63,950 nucleotides of DNA, filler included, from Gonapodya sp. JEL0774 (GCA_027604505.1; 4 parts of 4 records of this genome joined end to end with filler, not necessarily neighbours in it), one strand, 5' to 3'; counted from the first letter of the whole stretch, positions 10,165 to 27,727 are shown. Notes: generated by a model from the sequence alone, not told the origin. Translations and numbers: made by a program.

Positions 10165-12142
10165 TCACTCTTTCCGTCCAACCGCCGATAGAGCGTCCCC
10201 CGCATCAGGCAGATCCCTCCATGGCTGTCTCGCGAACCTGTACCGTGTCCCGTACCGAAGCGACCAACCGACCCCCACTAAGCCCAGTAAATTAAGTATT
10301 GTCAAGATCGTATAGAACCATCCACGACCGATGGATGCTGCCGGGACCACAACGATGGGCATGAACGAGGAAAGAGTGAAACGGAGAAAGTTTCCGAGGG
10401 CGGAGACGGATGCGGCGCGAGATTGGAAAATGTCCATGAGGTACGTGTTGAGACTCGTCATGATGAAGGATTGGCCGATTCCGACTGCAAGATCAGGATG
10501 GACGGTGTCAATGAATGAACCAGTATGTACATCAGGGGCGTTATGGTACACTCACACAACACCAACATCACGATGTTTGCAGGCTTTTCCACGTGACAAA
10601 TCCAACGGTGGTTTTAGAAACGAGTTTTCAGACAATGAGGTAGAGAACATACCCATGCTACCCGATATTCGTTGAACCACCCATAAGCAAGTTGCGCAGC
10701 GTTCATGAGGATGATCCCTGTTTATTGGTGAATAGAAAGAGCCACGTCAGCATTTTCAGGCATATGTGGTGAACTGAACTCTTTTTTTCATCCGTGACTC
10801 ACCTGGAACTGAACTCCACATCCTATCTTCCGCAATTCGGACTCCGCACCTCTTGTCTTGCCACCTGGCCGAGTTCCAGTCCGAGTACCACCCCCCCGTA
10901 GCACTTCCCACCGCCATACCCGCGCCCATGGACATGAGCACAAATCCGACACTGGTCGTCGAGAAGCCGTACCAGGCGGGCCAATCACGGGGCACGAGTG
11001 GGGAAAAGGAAATGAAGGAAGCGAAGGCGATGGTCGTCATGTAAAGCGGTAGAGACACAAAAGGATATCGCAAGTACACGAAAGCAGCAAGTGGGTTGCG
11101 CGAGATAGTCGGAGCTTTGGAGGATCGAGCGACCAATGTCTCTGGGAGGAAGAAGAAGGAGGCGAGAAACACCAGTAACGCCAGTACAGTGGTAAGAAGG
11201 AATATGTTGCGCCAGCCTAATGCTTGAGCAACGGCTCCACCAATCGGAGGAGAGATGACCGGTCTGATACAAGAGTGTGTTATCACAGAAGCTTGGCGTG
11301 GAGCACAGAGACGAAGCTTTGTCTATGTTACGTACCCGAGAATGGGGCCTAAAAAGAATAGGCCATACGCTCTGCCTCGCTCCTCCATGGAGTAAATATC
11401 AGCGATTATTCCTAAGCGAGATTTCACTGAGTCAAGAATCCCAAACAGCGGAGGGCAACACGATGCCCACCTGCACCGACGCTCAAGCCAGCGCAAGACC
11501 CGGCACCAAACACGATTCTCCAGAACAAAAACACTCCCACATTGGGAGAGAGCACTTCCAGCCAGCAACCTAAGCTTCCTATCAACATTACCAAGGCGGC
11601 CAGCAGAAGTGTGGGGCGGCGCCCTTTCACATCCCTAAAAGTGAACACGAGGTCACTCCTGGATGAACATGCGGATTCACACTCAGAGAACTGCAATCCT
11701 CACTCACGCCATCGTCGCCCATACGAGCGGAGATACGCCCAGTGCTAGTGAGTACACCGTCAGAGTCATATTCGCTAAAAGCTCGGTTGCGTGAAGATCA
11801 GCTTGTACAAGTGCCAACGCCGGAGAGTAGATGAATCCGCCGAGAGGGCCGAGCATTCCAGAGAATGCGGCGAGAATCAGGACTTGACGAGGGGAGAAAC
11901 GGCAAGGGATAAATACGGGGTCAGATGCGGATATAGAGATGCCGGCAAGAGCATCAACGATCAGCACTTGCCTACTTACTAAATGCCTTGCGAGACCTTG
12001 TCAACTCAACTTCCGGTCCATATCGAAGAAAACCTCTCCTGGGAACAGTGATCAAACTGGTCTCGCTCGTGTGAGCGCCCGGGACCTTCCCAGCGCTTGA
12101 CGGGAGCAGGGCCGGTGTTTCTGAATCCTTCTCCGATGCCAT
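10165..12142 (-). CDS. MFS drug:H+ antiporter (DHA1 family) transporter, multi-exon
   Basis: IYSPAL, DVKGRRPTLL (motif A), GIIADIYSMEERGRAYG, GPILG..PPIGGAVAQALGWRNIF, FLPETL, TYLMDIFQSRAASVSALGNFLR. Confidence 0.88.
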
Positions 12143-13280
12143 CTATTCTAAACTGGGAAAGATTCTCTGTTCACCTTTTGTAATATTCGTATTGGATTCG
12201 GAATCATCGATCGGGGTTTCTCTGGACCGCCGGGTGGGGGAACAACTCGAAGTTCCCCCTCCCCAATTATTGCTCAATTTATACAAAAACGAATTTGTCG
12301 CCGTACTCACCGCTACGATTGAAAACGCAAGTCCCGTCATCAGAGATGGGTCCTTGGGGAGGGACAAGGTGAAGGTGACTATGCAATAAATGGTTTACTG
12401 TGGTGGGAACTGAGGGTGACGCCCGCAACACGCGGAAAGACCGGAAAGACCGAAAAGACCGAAAAGACGCACCATCAGAGGGGATTCGTGTCTTCACCAG
12501 AAGTTGGATCGGGTAAAATAGTGGGTTGCGAACGAGTCAGCTCACCCCGTTCGATTCTCAAAGGGGCAGCAGCATTTCGCTTCCCTCACTCGAGCAACCC
12601 AACCGAGTCGTTACATAAGAAATCAAAGCGTCACCAAATTTCATTTATGATTTTGTTTGTCGGGGAGTTTTCTTGTAATTCACTACCCCTGATTGGCCGG
12701 CTCTCAGTTTGCATCGTTTGGCGTCACAGTACAAGTTCCGCTTACATACAGAAGCATGGAACGAAATTGATAACCAAGGGCGTGAAGGGCTCCTGGATGC
12801 TCAAATGGTCTGTTCTCAAGACATACGTCGCTGACAGAGAGGACAACCACAGCAAAAGGAAATTAATTTTACAAAATAGCTTGACATATCAAACTTGAAC
12901 TAATAGAGTAGGAAATCTAGGAGCACGTGCTTGCAGGAACTTGGAGAGCAACAGAAACATGGGGTGGGGCACAACGGCTAATTGGTCATGACTAGGCGGT
13001 CTCAACCAATTATGCGAGAGCTGCCCATGCAGTCACCCATTCCATTCAATATAGAAAGAAGAAGCTAAATTGCCCTCTCCAGCGTATTGTTGGTTCGTTT
13101 TCCAAGTTTTGGACGGACTGAACCACACGCTCCAAATCTCGTGTTTCACTCCGTCCAGCCGTCGCACCAGGGACCTTCCGGGTGATCGGACCGGCGCACA
13201 GTCATACAGACGTACTCTGGTACGGATTATGTTGCTCAAAAGTCCACGGGGTCGAGCAAAAATGGCGGCTTGGATCCAAC

Positions 13281-13339
13281 CCGGTGTAAACATCACACAT
13301 AATCAGGCAAAGCCGGTGCAAACATCACACGTAATCAGG
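13281..13339. repeat. Tandem duplication of about 27 bp (CCGGTG[T/C]AAACATCACAC[A/G]TAATCAGG), period 32
   Basis: Two near-identical copies seen directly. Confidence 0.75.
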
Positions 13340-13983
13340 GTCGACAGCATCATCAACGAAACATCGACCATTGTGATGCGCACATACACCAGTTTTTGTG
13401 CTGCTTCGATATTTCGTGAAGTTGCATGGCGCTCAGACTGGATAATCGCTGTGTTCATACGCTGGGCAATAGACACTCACATGGACTGAGACTGTCCCAT
13501 TCCCCGGACAAGATGGCCAGTTTGGTCAATGCCCGAGCAATCGTGAAATTTGCGATGTATGATAACCTTTTACCATGCATACTTTTTGGTCGTCTTCTTG
13601 GTCCAACTCTTCAGCATGTGCTTTGTCCATTTGCCATTCAGCAACCTGATTGAAATACAATCTCGCGCGCGGTTCAATGCGTGACATGATGAGAACAGAC
13701 CTAATCGTGCAAACATTTTGACGTACTAAACATCTTTCAGCCATGAAAAGTCCAGACGTTCAGACCCAGTTTATTGACAGATTTGTGCAATGACAACACC
13801 CCGCCACAGTCCCCGGACAACAGGATATGGGCATGATTTCCCCCTGCAATTACTTGAGCTTTCTTGCAGCCACATTGACAACATGCCGTGGTTGGCACCA
13901 GCCTCTCCGTCGAAACTGTGCCTGGTCTGTGCAGGATCGTGGTGAGTGGGTCGAGCCAGCCTATCTTTGTGTGGACATCGTAG

Positions 13984-16048
13984 ATGATAGACACCGAAAT
14001 GGAACCCGCTACAGAAGCCACCATGGCCGAGCATGAGCCATCGGAGGACATACATAAAACCATGCTGGAGACGGGGCCGTCGACTGCGCTGCGTAACACC
14101 TTGGAATCGATCGCTGTTTCGGCCGAACTACCGGCTGTCGAATCTGGCCCATCCACGGCCGACAGGCCGCTATCTCCTCCGGAGAATGGCGAATCTGAAA
14201 ACACTCTACCAGAAAGTTCCAAGAGTGGCATCCCACTGTTGGGAGGTACGTGGACTGAAAAGTCAGAAGTTCCCAGTGGTGACTAACCGTTATGTGTGAA
14301 TGTTACTGAACTAGGACATTGGGCCCTGACGCTCAACGATCCAGGTGTGCACATGTCGTTTTGTGTTTCTCGGCAGTATTATTGTGCAGACGAAACGTCT
14401 CTCATGTACAATGTCACCCTCACCGCCCGGTTGCTCGAATCCAGCCATTTTCACCGGCATGTTTCGCGGTTACGGTGTACGTGGACTACAAGCTGAGGAC
14501 TTGTACACGCTGGATAGGGAGCATCTGAAGCGTCTCGGGTGAGTTCCGGTGGTCATATCTGGGGACCCTTCCATTCTGCCACACGGGGAGCGATTGGGTC
14601 TCATTCGACTCAAGAGATGACATGAGCATGTTTAAAAACGCGTCGAAGACGCTCAGGAGTACGGATCTGTGCGACACAGAATGGTGTTGATTTCAATCAA
14701 CTCAGCCTTGTGGCAGTGATGAGTCATCCGTTTTCTATCGACATCCAACCTCATATTCTCCGGCTTCATTAATCACTTCTCCGTTTCTAGCACTGTTTAC
14801 GGCGTTATCTTCCTCTACCGTGTCCCTTCCGAACCGACTGACTACTATCTTGGAACCATGGACCCGCCCCCAGGTCTTTTCTTTGCCAATCAGGTCCAGA
14901 ACAACGCCTGTGGGACTTACGCCATTATGAACATCGTGATGAATTTGCACAACCGGCCTGGCGTCGATTTGGGAGGGCTGCTAGAGAGTTACCGGGAGTT
15001 CACTAAGGATATGACACCAGCGGTGAGTTTAACGCCCTTGGATCTGGTCCGATACATTGTAGAGAAAACGCGTTATATCTATGACGGAGAAATCAGCTTC
15101 AACGCTGTGTCTGTGAAACGGGAACTTCTTACCCGTGCCTTTTCTCCGCGTTTTTCGCAACTCAGCTCAAAGGAGAAACTCTCACCAACAGCCCTACCCT
15201 CCGCGAAGTTCACAACTCTTTCGCTCGCCAAAGTGAACTCCTTCAACTCCGCCGCACGGCGTTTGAGGCCCACCCGTTGTACGCCCCCATGTTCGAGACT
15301 GTGGATGAAACGAAAAACAAGAAGAAAAGTAAGAAACGGAAAAGTGAGGATGAGGATGAGGATGAGGACATGGAGTTCAAGGAAGAGGATGTTTTTCACT
15401 ACATCGTATATATTGAGGTGAACGGGACAGTTTGGGAATTGGATGGGCTCAGGAGAGGTCCTGTCATGGTTGGAGTCATGCCTCACGCAGACGCAGACGG
15501 GAATGAGAAAATTTTGTCGCAAAGCACCTTGCAGAGTGATGGGTCTGGTGGGAGTGGCCCTGGCGCGGGGGATTTGGGGTGGCTGGAGTTGGTGATTCCC
15601 CGAGTTGACAAGAAGATGCGGAGGTACGCATTGCTTGGGTCGCTCTTGAAAGCGCAATACCCCATTTCATCAATCACATTCTGTGTGGAGCAGCTTCGAA
15701 GGCGCCATTGATTCTTCCCTTCTTGCCATCCTCCCGGAAAAAATGCCTCGTCTCCTTCTCCGCCTCCGCCGCCGTCTCCTGGCCCGCGCCGAATTGCGAT
15801 GCAAGCTTGGTTTATCCGAAGATGCTCAGGACGAGGAAGGCGAGGGTATGCAGGTCGACGCGGTGGATGGAACGGAGGACAACGAAGGCGACTTGATTGG
15901 CGACCTTGATGGAAACAGCGCCATTCAAAAGCGGCTGGGTGAGATTGAGAAAGAGATTGCGGTACTGAGATTGGGAATCCAGGAAGAGAAGGACACGCAG
16001 GCGAAACAAGAGGTACGTGTGGGGGGACGAGTGCGGGTGTTGGTGGGC
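13984..16048 (+). CDS. Ubiquitin C-terminal hydrolase, UCH37/UCHL5-like (peptidase C12), 3' truncated at the spacer
   Basis: FTGMFRGYGVRGLQAEDLYTLD, VYGVIFLY, FFANQVQNNACGTYA (catalytic Cys), REVHNSFAR, FHYIVY (His), WELDGLRRGP (Asp), then a coiled-coil tail. Confidence 0.88.
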
Positions 16049-16148
16049 NNNNNNNNNNNNNNNNNNNNNNNNNNNNNNNNNNNNNNNNNNNNTTAATTAA
16101 TTAANNNNNNNNNNNNNNNNNNNNNNNNNNNNNNNNNNNNNNNNNNNN
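16049..16148. other. Artificial contig spacer (Ns + TTAATTAATTAA)
   Basis: N44-TTAATTAATTAA-N44 with stops in all frames; genes on both sides are truncated. Confidence 0.97.
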
Positions 16149-19064
<2,916 letters not shown>

Positions 19065-19254
19065 ACAGGTAGAGGGCGCGAGCCATTATATTCGATAGAC
19101 AACGAGAGTGCTGATCAATCAGTCATGCATATGCCAAACATCAAAGAAGGTGCGCCGCTTCCTGCTGACCATGAAGGCAGTGAAGGCGCGGTGACAAAAG
19201 TTTTTCGACCATTGCTGCTCCGAAAACCGGCGACGTCTCAATCACCCGCCGCGA

Positions 19255-20153
19255 TCACCTTTCTGCTCCTGATGCAGACACATCGCCGTCAGCGCCTTCA
19301 TCCACCCGCTCGCTCATCTCGGCACCGGAGTCGGGCACAGACGGCTTCTTCTTCAGGCCCTTTGCTTTGGCACTTGGAGGATCGTCCCAACCCCAGACTG
19401 GTCTAAAGCTATCCACGATCGACACGTCCTCGAACAGGTTAGGGAAGAGCCACAAGCCCTGGCGACCGAACAGGACCCATGTAATGACCCAGAGGATGCC
19501 ACGGACCACAACCATGCCCAAGAAGATCCCAAGAAGGACTAGAAGTGCATTCGAAAGGTACCAGACTCCTATTCGGAGGGGGAGAGGCCACATTGGGAAC
19601 ATGACACCAGCCAGGGTGACCAGCACGATCCCCAGGCCCAACAAGTTTCGATACAGTTGGGAGCCTTGGTAAATCCACACATAGTAGGCGTCCGCAGAGA
19701 AGGTCTGGCCGGCCACTGGCCGCACGACTTTTGATTTGAGTTCTTCTCGTTCGACACGGATGATAAGACCGTGCTGGAGGAAAGAGGAGAGAATGTCATT
19801 GATGTCCTCATCGGTTTTCAACTGCGGAGGGTGCTTTTGGTCGTCTTTGGAAGTCGAAGATTTCGATGCGCTCTTGTAGGTGTCCGATTTGAAGGCCTTC
19901 ATGGCAGACTTGCCTGTTGCTTTCGAATGTAGTCCAGCATGTCTTTCCATGGAAACGGTATCAAAAGTTCACCTTTGAAGTACTCCACTCGGCTCTCCAC
20001 AAGAATACCATCCCGCAATCGCATCTTCGCCTTGCCACTCCTCAGAAAGTCCGCTGCCAGAAGAACGCTCTTTGGGACTGCAGAGAAATCATTCACAGGT
20101 GGAGCTTGTTGCTGGCAACACATTGACGGTCCATGAGCGCAAAATTGTGGCAT
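19255..20153 (-). CDS. SEC62: Translocation protein Sec62 (start uncertain)
   Basis: RVEYFKGK, YYVWIYQG, LAGVMFPMWP..GVWYLS, GLWLFPNLFEDVSIVDSFRPVWGW. Confidence 0.92.
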
Positions 20154-20540
20154 CTGAGCCCTCTAAATTACTCTCACAGCGTACCTTGTTCAAGGCCATT
20201 TGTCGATATCTTCGCCACTGGAACGGGGCGGGTTGTTGTGGACGTCGATGACACCAGATATCTGGCATCGGTGTCGCACCGTGCACAAACCACTTTGATC
20301 GACGGACACACGTGCTAACAAGTCCCAGCATCTCAATTAGAATGAACGGTCCGAAAAAGAGTGCCAGATGGGAACAGTTTTAAACTCATCTGAGTATACA
20401 ATTTATTCCAACTATCAAACAAATCATTGGAAACAAAAGGAAGCAAAGCCACATCAAGCAACTACGTCAGACAAAGTCACCGGTCTATCTCATTTGCGTC
20501 CGTGGTTTAAGACAAGACGGTGAACCTCATCGAGATCGCA

Positions 20541-23500
20541 CTACGTTATGCGCTTCTTCTTCGTCGGCGCGATCGCCCTGTCATCAACAAACTCCCCTTG
20601 GCTACCGTCCGAATCGTAGCCATTCGCCCCACTTTGCTCGTTGTCCACAACCGGTTTCCGTTTCGTACCCCTCCCAGATGAGCTGCCGCTTCCCTTTCCG
20701 TACACATTCCCAGCTCGTTTCTGTCGCGCTTCGGCCAGAAGAGCACTCGGATCCAGAATCTCTTCCTCTTCCTCTTCCCCTCCAGCTGGCTCATCGTCGT
20801 CCTCCTCAAGAAGCCGCATGGGAGGTGGGCGGCTTCTGGCAGTAGCCCTCGGAGGAGGCGCTTCTTCCTCTGATTCTCCGTCCTCCTCCTCGCTATCTTC
20901 TCGGAACGATTTACGCGGTACCGAAGATCGCGCACTCTGTCTTGTTACCGCTCGCGGTGCGAGGACCCCCACTTCTTCATCATCTTCGATGTCTTCGTCC
21001 GCTTCTGTGGCATAGCGGCGACGGCTCTTTGGAGACTTTGCCGGAACGCCGGCATCCGAGTCCTCATCCTCGTCATCTAACAGTGCTGATGCAAACTGAA
21101 GGGGCTTGGCTCGCGACTTCTCTGACTTGACCTTTGTGGCTCGGGGTTTTCTAGGTTTGGCGCCAGCCGCTGGGTGATGATCGGATCGTGATGAGATCTC
21201 GGTTGCAAGACACACCAATTCGGGAGAACACCTCACCTTTTACGGCCCTTGCGTTGGATGCTGGTTTTTTGCCCTTCCGAATCTTTTTCTCCTCGGCTGT
21301 GCTACCCTCCAGTGCAGCAACGAAAGCGTGATAACCATCCCAATCAGAGCTTTTCGTAGGTTTAAGCTGGTGTGCGGATAATGTATTCTGGAGCTCGGAG
21401 AGACTTCAAAATGAGAGCAAATGGAACCAAATCAGGCAACTGTACATCGAGCAGAGAAGGTGTTCCAACTCACACCCCATCACGAATCCGATCAAGCACT
21501 CTTCCCCTCTCTCTGGACTCGCCACCCTCATTCCCCTCCTTCCCAGCTATCCCTAGCACCACTGCCACGCCCGCCGCAACGACAGCCCAGGGTTTCCACC
21601 CCTGACATGCATCACCGAGGTTCTTAGAGCCTCGTAACCGAGAAGCGACCCGGTTGGAAGAGCGAACACAGTCGTGAATGCGATTCGCCATGAGTTCGCT
21701 CGCTTTTCTGAGAAAGCCGACACAGGCCTCCAAGGCGGCTTCCCGACGGTGGCCGGGCGCTCGAGCGAAAATAGGCGCCCATGTTTTCATTTCCGTGGAC
21801 ACAGAGCGAGCAAGGTGAATAGCGTGATCGATCGAAGGAAGACGGCCAGAGAAGTAGAACTCCAGTGACTTTGAATAACAAAATACGTGTTTGAATTCGA
21901 GTTCCATCCTGACACCAAGAAAGTACTCACCTCGTCCATACTCTCCAGAATGAAATCGGTCAATAAAGAATCAAGTGCCAACCGAGTGCTTCTCCCCTGC
22001 CGTTGAGCTGGTGTCTCTGATGCATTCAGCTTACCCCGTGCTTTCTCTGACAAGCTGTCCACCTGACCCGCCAACGCAGCTCTACCGAGATCCGATATGA
22101 GATGTTTGCACAAGCTCTGGCCAACCACCGTGTCCCAAAAGAACGGCTCCAGGACTTGGGGAGGTGCAGACGCCGGAGTGTTTCCAGCTTGGAGAACTTT
22201 GGTGCACTCGGTGGCAACACCAACCCACTTGAGCAAGTGTGGTGCGAACTTTGCTTCCAAGCGATCGTATGCAAGTAGTTTGATAGGGATGGCGACCACA
22301 AGCTCCAGTTGTCGGGCGACGGCTGGTACGAGGTGGCGCTCAAAGGGACAACGAATGGGGTTCTCGCCTGGGTCGACCTCCAGGTCGTCTTCCATGGTGA
22401 AATCAAAAGTCCGGTCTACGCCACGAGACTTTGGCAGCAAACCGCTTGCAATCTCTACAAGGAGACCAATAACCGCTGCAAGGCCTTCTTGAACCTCGTC
22501 CGAAAGTGGGAACACAACGTCAGCCGCACTAGAAACTAATGCTCCAAGATCCCCATCCAAGAGGAATGAAAGATCACCAAGCACTCGAGAAGCTGTGCAG
22601 CGAACACCGAAGCTCGGAATATCAGCTTCATCCGCGACGTTCACATTGAGAGCACTCGTCACGACTCCATAGAGTACCTCGACTCGATCTCGTAACTTCT
22701 TCTTCCCTTCTTCGAGAACGGGATCTTGGGGCGCAACTTTCTTTCGTGGGGTTGAAGGCCCTTCACGATCATCGCTTTCGATATCCTCGAGGCCCCGGGA
22801 TGAGAGCCCAGCTTTCATCAAACCGCTCCCCACCCACATGACATCCCATGATAGTGTGCGAATGCAGGCATCCAGCCCTTCGTCAATGACTTGATGTAAA
22901 TTTTTGAGATGTTCATTTTCCCCCGTTTCAACCTTGGCTTTGCCGGGACGAACAACCTGCTTTCCCTTTGCGTTGCGCGTTGGAAGCTCTGCAGCTTTTG
23001 TACGGAGAGCGCTTAATGTCTCATAAGCCAAACGGACTTTGTCTGAAAGTTCATCTCCCGTATCTGCCTCAAATTGATTTGATCCGAAATCGATTGCAGA
23101 TATCAGTGCCGATAGGCGTTTGATTGCAAAACGCGCCGGCGAGGCAACATCTAAAGCCGTTTGAAGTTCCAGATCTCCTTCGTTGAGAGCATTTGATATC
23201 TCCTCAAGTGATGAGGAGAGGCTTGAAAAGAGCTCCTCGACCAAGTCCTCCACCTTCCGTCTGGTTACGGCAGCCAAACCAGCATCAGGCGAGTCAGCCA
23301 CCAGCTGCACCTTCCGACGTTTGGCTGAAGACTTCGCGTCAGCCGGTGGATCATCGCGAGAAAGCAAGCGGCGAAGTGACGTTGCTATTTCCCGTAGAAC
23401 ATTCATGTCCTCATGTTGTGTGAAGATGCGATAAAGATCGGATATGAGAGACTCGAAGGCCTAAAAACAACGCGAGAGGACTCCAGAATGAATAATCAAA

Positions 23501-26500
23501 GAACGAGGGTTCTGCCGTGCGAACCTTAGTCATCCGCAAATCGACATAAGTACTTGTATCCAATCTATTCAACAACGTCACCACTTGCTCCAATCGCCTG
23601 GAGTTCTCATCCCCTGAAAAATCGGGCGAGTACTTGGAAAGAATTTTAGGTAAGCTCCGCACAAGATGGCGCGAAGCATCCTTGCGGACTTGATCCCGTT
23701 TCTCTCCATCGTCTTCCACAGCAAGTAAGACATCCAGGACGGCAGGAAGGATATGGACTAGAACCGTCTCCTCGGTAGGCGTAAGTACAAGTGGGTTTCG
23801 GGCCCGAGCTTGTCCAGTCGTAGGTTCTTCGCTGAGGTGGTCGCAAAGTCCATTGAAATCCTTGGGAACAGAACCCGTTACGTCTATCCGACAGTTGGCA
23901 AATCTGTTGGTACTCACTCTCAAAACTTCCAAATCGTCCCACACTGCCTCCACTGCCATCTTTATACGGGGTGCACTTACCTCGCCTGAGGCAAAGCCCC
24001 CGGCTTCTTCTTTCAGCCATCGAACCGCCTCCAACCCATCATCACCAATATTCCACGATACACCAAAGAGATCGGGTTGCTGTCCGATAAGTGAATCTGC
24101 AATTTGTGATGAACCACTTTGCGACTGCGATTGCGAACTGCCACCACCCCCACTTCCTACGACAGGGGCCATCTCTCTTCTCGTCGCAGTCTCACACGCC
24201 TTTGCAAATATCTGGCACATGACTTTGATCTGCACTGCACGTTTTTTCTCATCGGTGTCAGCGCCAACTTGTCCGGCCAGTTCCTCACTTTCGTCTTCGA
24301 CAATCTTCACCACAAATGCTCCCACCATCGCAGCAACTTCCTTATCTCTTCCCACTACCATAGGAACAAGAGCTTCCACAGCATCTTCTTCGTCCATAAA
24401 CCCATGGTTTGCTGCAGCGACACAAACTCTCACTCCTTCTTCTCGACATCTAGGATCGATGTCACCTCGTCCAAGATCGAGAAGCCGAGGACGGAAACGT
24501 TCAAAGAACTGCCGAAGACCAGGAACGTAGAGAGATGATGCTTGTGGGTGATTCAAGAGGCGGTGAAGGGTGTGGAGGGGCTCGAGACGTACAGCTGCGT
24601 TCTGGAGGAAAGAATTTTGCAATTACAACAAATGAAAGAGCGGTCATCGCGCGCTCGATTTTACCTTATCCGATAGCGCCCATCCTGTGTATCTAAGGTA
24701 CATCGGGTCCAAAAACACCTCCGGAAGCCGAAGAACGGCGGCACCCAGCTCGCGCGAACAGTCGCCTCGAATAATTGGATCCACATCGCGATATCGGTGG
24801 ACAAAGATACTATGTAGTAGTGATCACGATGCCAAACGAAAAATGTTGGTAAGGGCCACAACGATCCTACTCGAAACCTTTATTCACTACTCACCCATCA
24901 AAAAACGCCATCATTTCCTCCTCCAGTTTCGCTCTTTCTCCTTCGAGCTCTCTGACCCTCTCTTCGAGAGCTTCCTTCTTTCTCGCTCCGGCACCTTTCG
25001 CAGATCCGGCAGCTTCCAGTTGACGTCGAGCAGCAGACTCCGCATCAACTGTACTACGAGTGGCCTGTGAGAGGGAAGGTGTACATATTCATGACCAGTA
25101 AATGTAAAGGCGAACCATAAATCCCATCGATAAAGTCGCGATTCATTAGACGCTCACCTCCACCAAGCCCCCCATAATGCCCAGTCCAGCCGCCGTGGCT
25201 GCATGCCGCAAAGTTCGCACGGGCGAAGTGGAAAGTTGATGTGTCCAAATTTTGATGACCTGATGAGCATACAGACAAATCCTTGTAAACTGCTGATTTC
25301 GATTCGATGTACCTGTCAGAACAAGTCTTTGCTGGACTCACCTCCCATGCCCAAGTCTCGGGATCGCTTGAGCCCTCACCGTCCTCCTCACCCTCCGCGG
25401 GCTTCTTGACAACCCCTGCTCTCACCCTGCCCACCCACCGGACCCACCATTCCCTATAACTTTTGGAGAACCGGTTGCCCGCCCATGTTGACTGGGCGGC
25501 CTTGGATCGAAGGGCGAAGCGAGGCTTCCGTGATGTAAGAGGTGGATCATGCGGGTTGAAGAGAGCATTCTGAGGTTATGCGTGCGGGCACCATAACGAA
25601 GAAGATACGCATGGTCGTAGACAACACAGGTGATAAGTTCCGCAGAACATCGTGCATGAGCTGGCTCAAGACTCACCCCTTCAGCTCTCCTCCCTGCCTC
25701 CTCGACTTCTTCCCCAACATCATGCTCATCAGGATTTTCCAGTACATCTCTACTAATGGAGTTGGGCGGGTATCCAGCCGCCTGGTTGGACGTAATAACC
25801 AAATGCTGTCAGTAACGAACAGTGCTCAACCAACAGACAAGCGCACACCTGCATTATCAAGTCCACAAGCTCTCCAACAGCCCCTTCCCTGTCCCTTGCA
25901 TACTTCCCCGCTGCCCACTCCGCTGCCACTGCGTCCAGACTGGCCTTGCCCTCCACGACGACATCGAATAGAGAATCATCGTCATCGGCAGCGCTAGGTT
26001 TGGTCGACTTTTTCGCGGGCGCACGTCGCTTAGCAGCGGGTGCTGGCGCGAGCGCCGAACTCGAGCTGGCGGCGGCTCCTCGCGTTGCACGGCGAGGGTG
26101 TGCAGGTGAGGGTGGACTAGACGAGGCGTCCGAGTCCTCTGCAACTACAGCGTCAGGATCCACTTCTTCGTCGTCAGCCTTTGCTTTACCGGCCTTGTTT
26201 GTCCGAGCTTGGCCCTTGCCCTTGGCAGCTGTGGGCTCCTCAAAGTCAGACTCTGGTTCGTCATCATGCCCTTCCTCTGCCTCATCTTCTTCATTGTCAG
26301 GATCGGGCTCCTCCTGGGATGTTTTCTGAGACGCGGCATTTCGACGTGGCCGAGACGATGGTGGTGATGTTGTGCCGTTTGTCCTGGGATTGGGGGCCGG
26401 TTTGGACTTTGAGGCAGCCGCCTCCTTACCCTTGGGTTGACGTTTAGTATTCGATGTTGTCTCAGCAGGAGATTTAACAGCATCCGTTTTGGCAGAAGGG

Positions 26501-26924
26501 GAAACATCGGAATCGCTTGTTGGTTCCGCATTCTCTTTGGTATCTGAGGTAGATATGAGCCGAGTTAAGTACATTAATGACTCGCACACACGTACACGGC
26601 GCAGATAAGTTCAGTCCGGTGACGATTCGGAATGTCAATCCAGCGCCTCAGGGACTATTTACTTCTCATCGGGTGAACCCGAAATTCGTATAGACTTTCA
26701 ATTTTGCAACCCATCTCCATTTAAAACTCACCGTCTATCTTCCGCCTTTTTCCTTTCTCGGGCACAGCTGCGTCGTCCGTTTTTCGTTTAGCTGCCCTTG
26801 TACCTTTTCTCGTGATAGGCTGATCATCAGTTTCCTCGTTCTCCTCTTCGACCGACTCCGGCTCTGAGACCACTTCAGCGCGCTTCTTGGCTGCGGGTGA
26901 CTTTCTGGTCGCCCGGGGTGGCAT
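20541..26924 (-). CDS. SCC3: Cohesin subunit Scc3/STAG (SA), multi-exon
   Basis: Long acidic/basic disordered N-terminus, SLFDVVVEGKASLDAVAAEW, HRYRDVDPIIRGDCSRELG..PEVFLDPMYLRYTGWALSDK (SCD domain), FFERFRPRLLDL, acidic C-terminal tail. Confidence 0.85.
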
Positions 26925-27727
26925 TTGCGCTGGCTTGTTTGGGGTTGTGCTCTTGCTGTGAGGAGAGTGGCTATTGAGTGAGTGCAAGGTTTTGGTAAAA
27001 CCGTATTTGCTTGCTCACAGGGCTCTCAGCATCGCGCGGGAGAATGGAATCCCCCGTCAATTTGAGGTTGCAGTTGAATAGAATCCCAGACGTGGGTGAA
27101 GCTCCAGGTTCCGTCGCCAATTCGACTTCTGTGAATGAATCTTCGCAAAAAGGAGTGAAAGATCCTGAAGTCAATACATGTCCTCAAACATGACTCAGAT
27201 GTTCACGGGAGGACCGTATGATCGGCAATCAGGAGTTGCGGGCGTGTTTCCCCAGATGAATCTGGTCCTGAAACATCTTACCGTTGCACCATTACGACTT
27301 GATTCCAGCTTTCCAGGGGACGAATCTCCTTCATTCATCCACAGAAATCAATCCTTTGGCTGTACATCTAGAGACCTGTGGCATCTCCTCTTCCTTGCCG
27401 ACAACCGCCGCCCGTGTTCTTCCAACCCGGTCCCAAAGATACGGCACCGTATCGGACGCCAAGTCCTCGCAAATTCAAACCTCACCTCTCCCTCGTCGTA
27501 TAAGCTCTTTATTCAGAATGATCCTGATCCAGTTTACGGCGTGGCGGCGGCGGATCAGCGTCCGGATTGTGCAACCTTCGGGTCGGTGTTCGTGGGCTGA
27601 CTTCGGTCGAGCAAGGGCACCACGGCTCATTTCTTGTGGGTATCACCAATCGAATATTACCCGAACGATCACCGAGTCAAAGTCGCCCCATGTCCGAGGA
27701 CAGAATTCTATAATACATGCAAGGCTC

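Noticed and set aside
5808..12142. NOS plus MFS exporter as a nitration biosynthetic gene cluster
   Set aside because: No NRPS, P450 or other tailoring genes in this piece; adjacency alone is not evidence.
13300..13356. C/D-box snoRNA-like arrangement on the minus strand (TGATGA..CTGA..TGATGT..CTGA)
   Set aside because: The boxes largely arise from a 32-bp tandem duplication and I could not identify an rRNA target. snoscan would settle it.
13033..13744. Possible small spliced minus-strand gene or selenoprotein
   Set aside because: Splice-like signals exist, but there is no coherent conserved frame, no CxxU-type motif and no recognisable SECIS.
16093..16104. TTAATTAATTAA motifs as biological signals
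   Set aside because: Artificial linkers inside N spacers; adjacency across them has no biological meaning.
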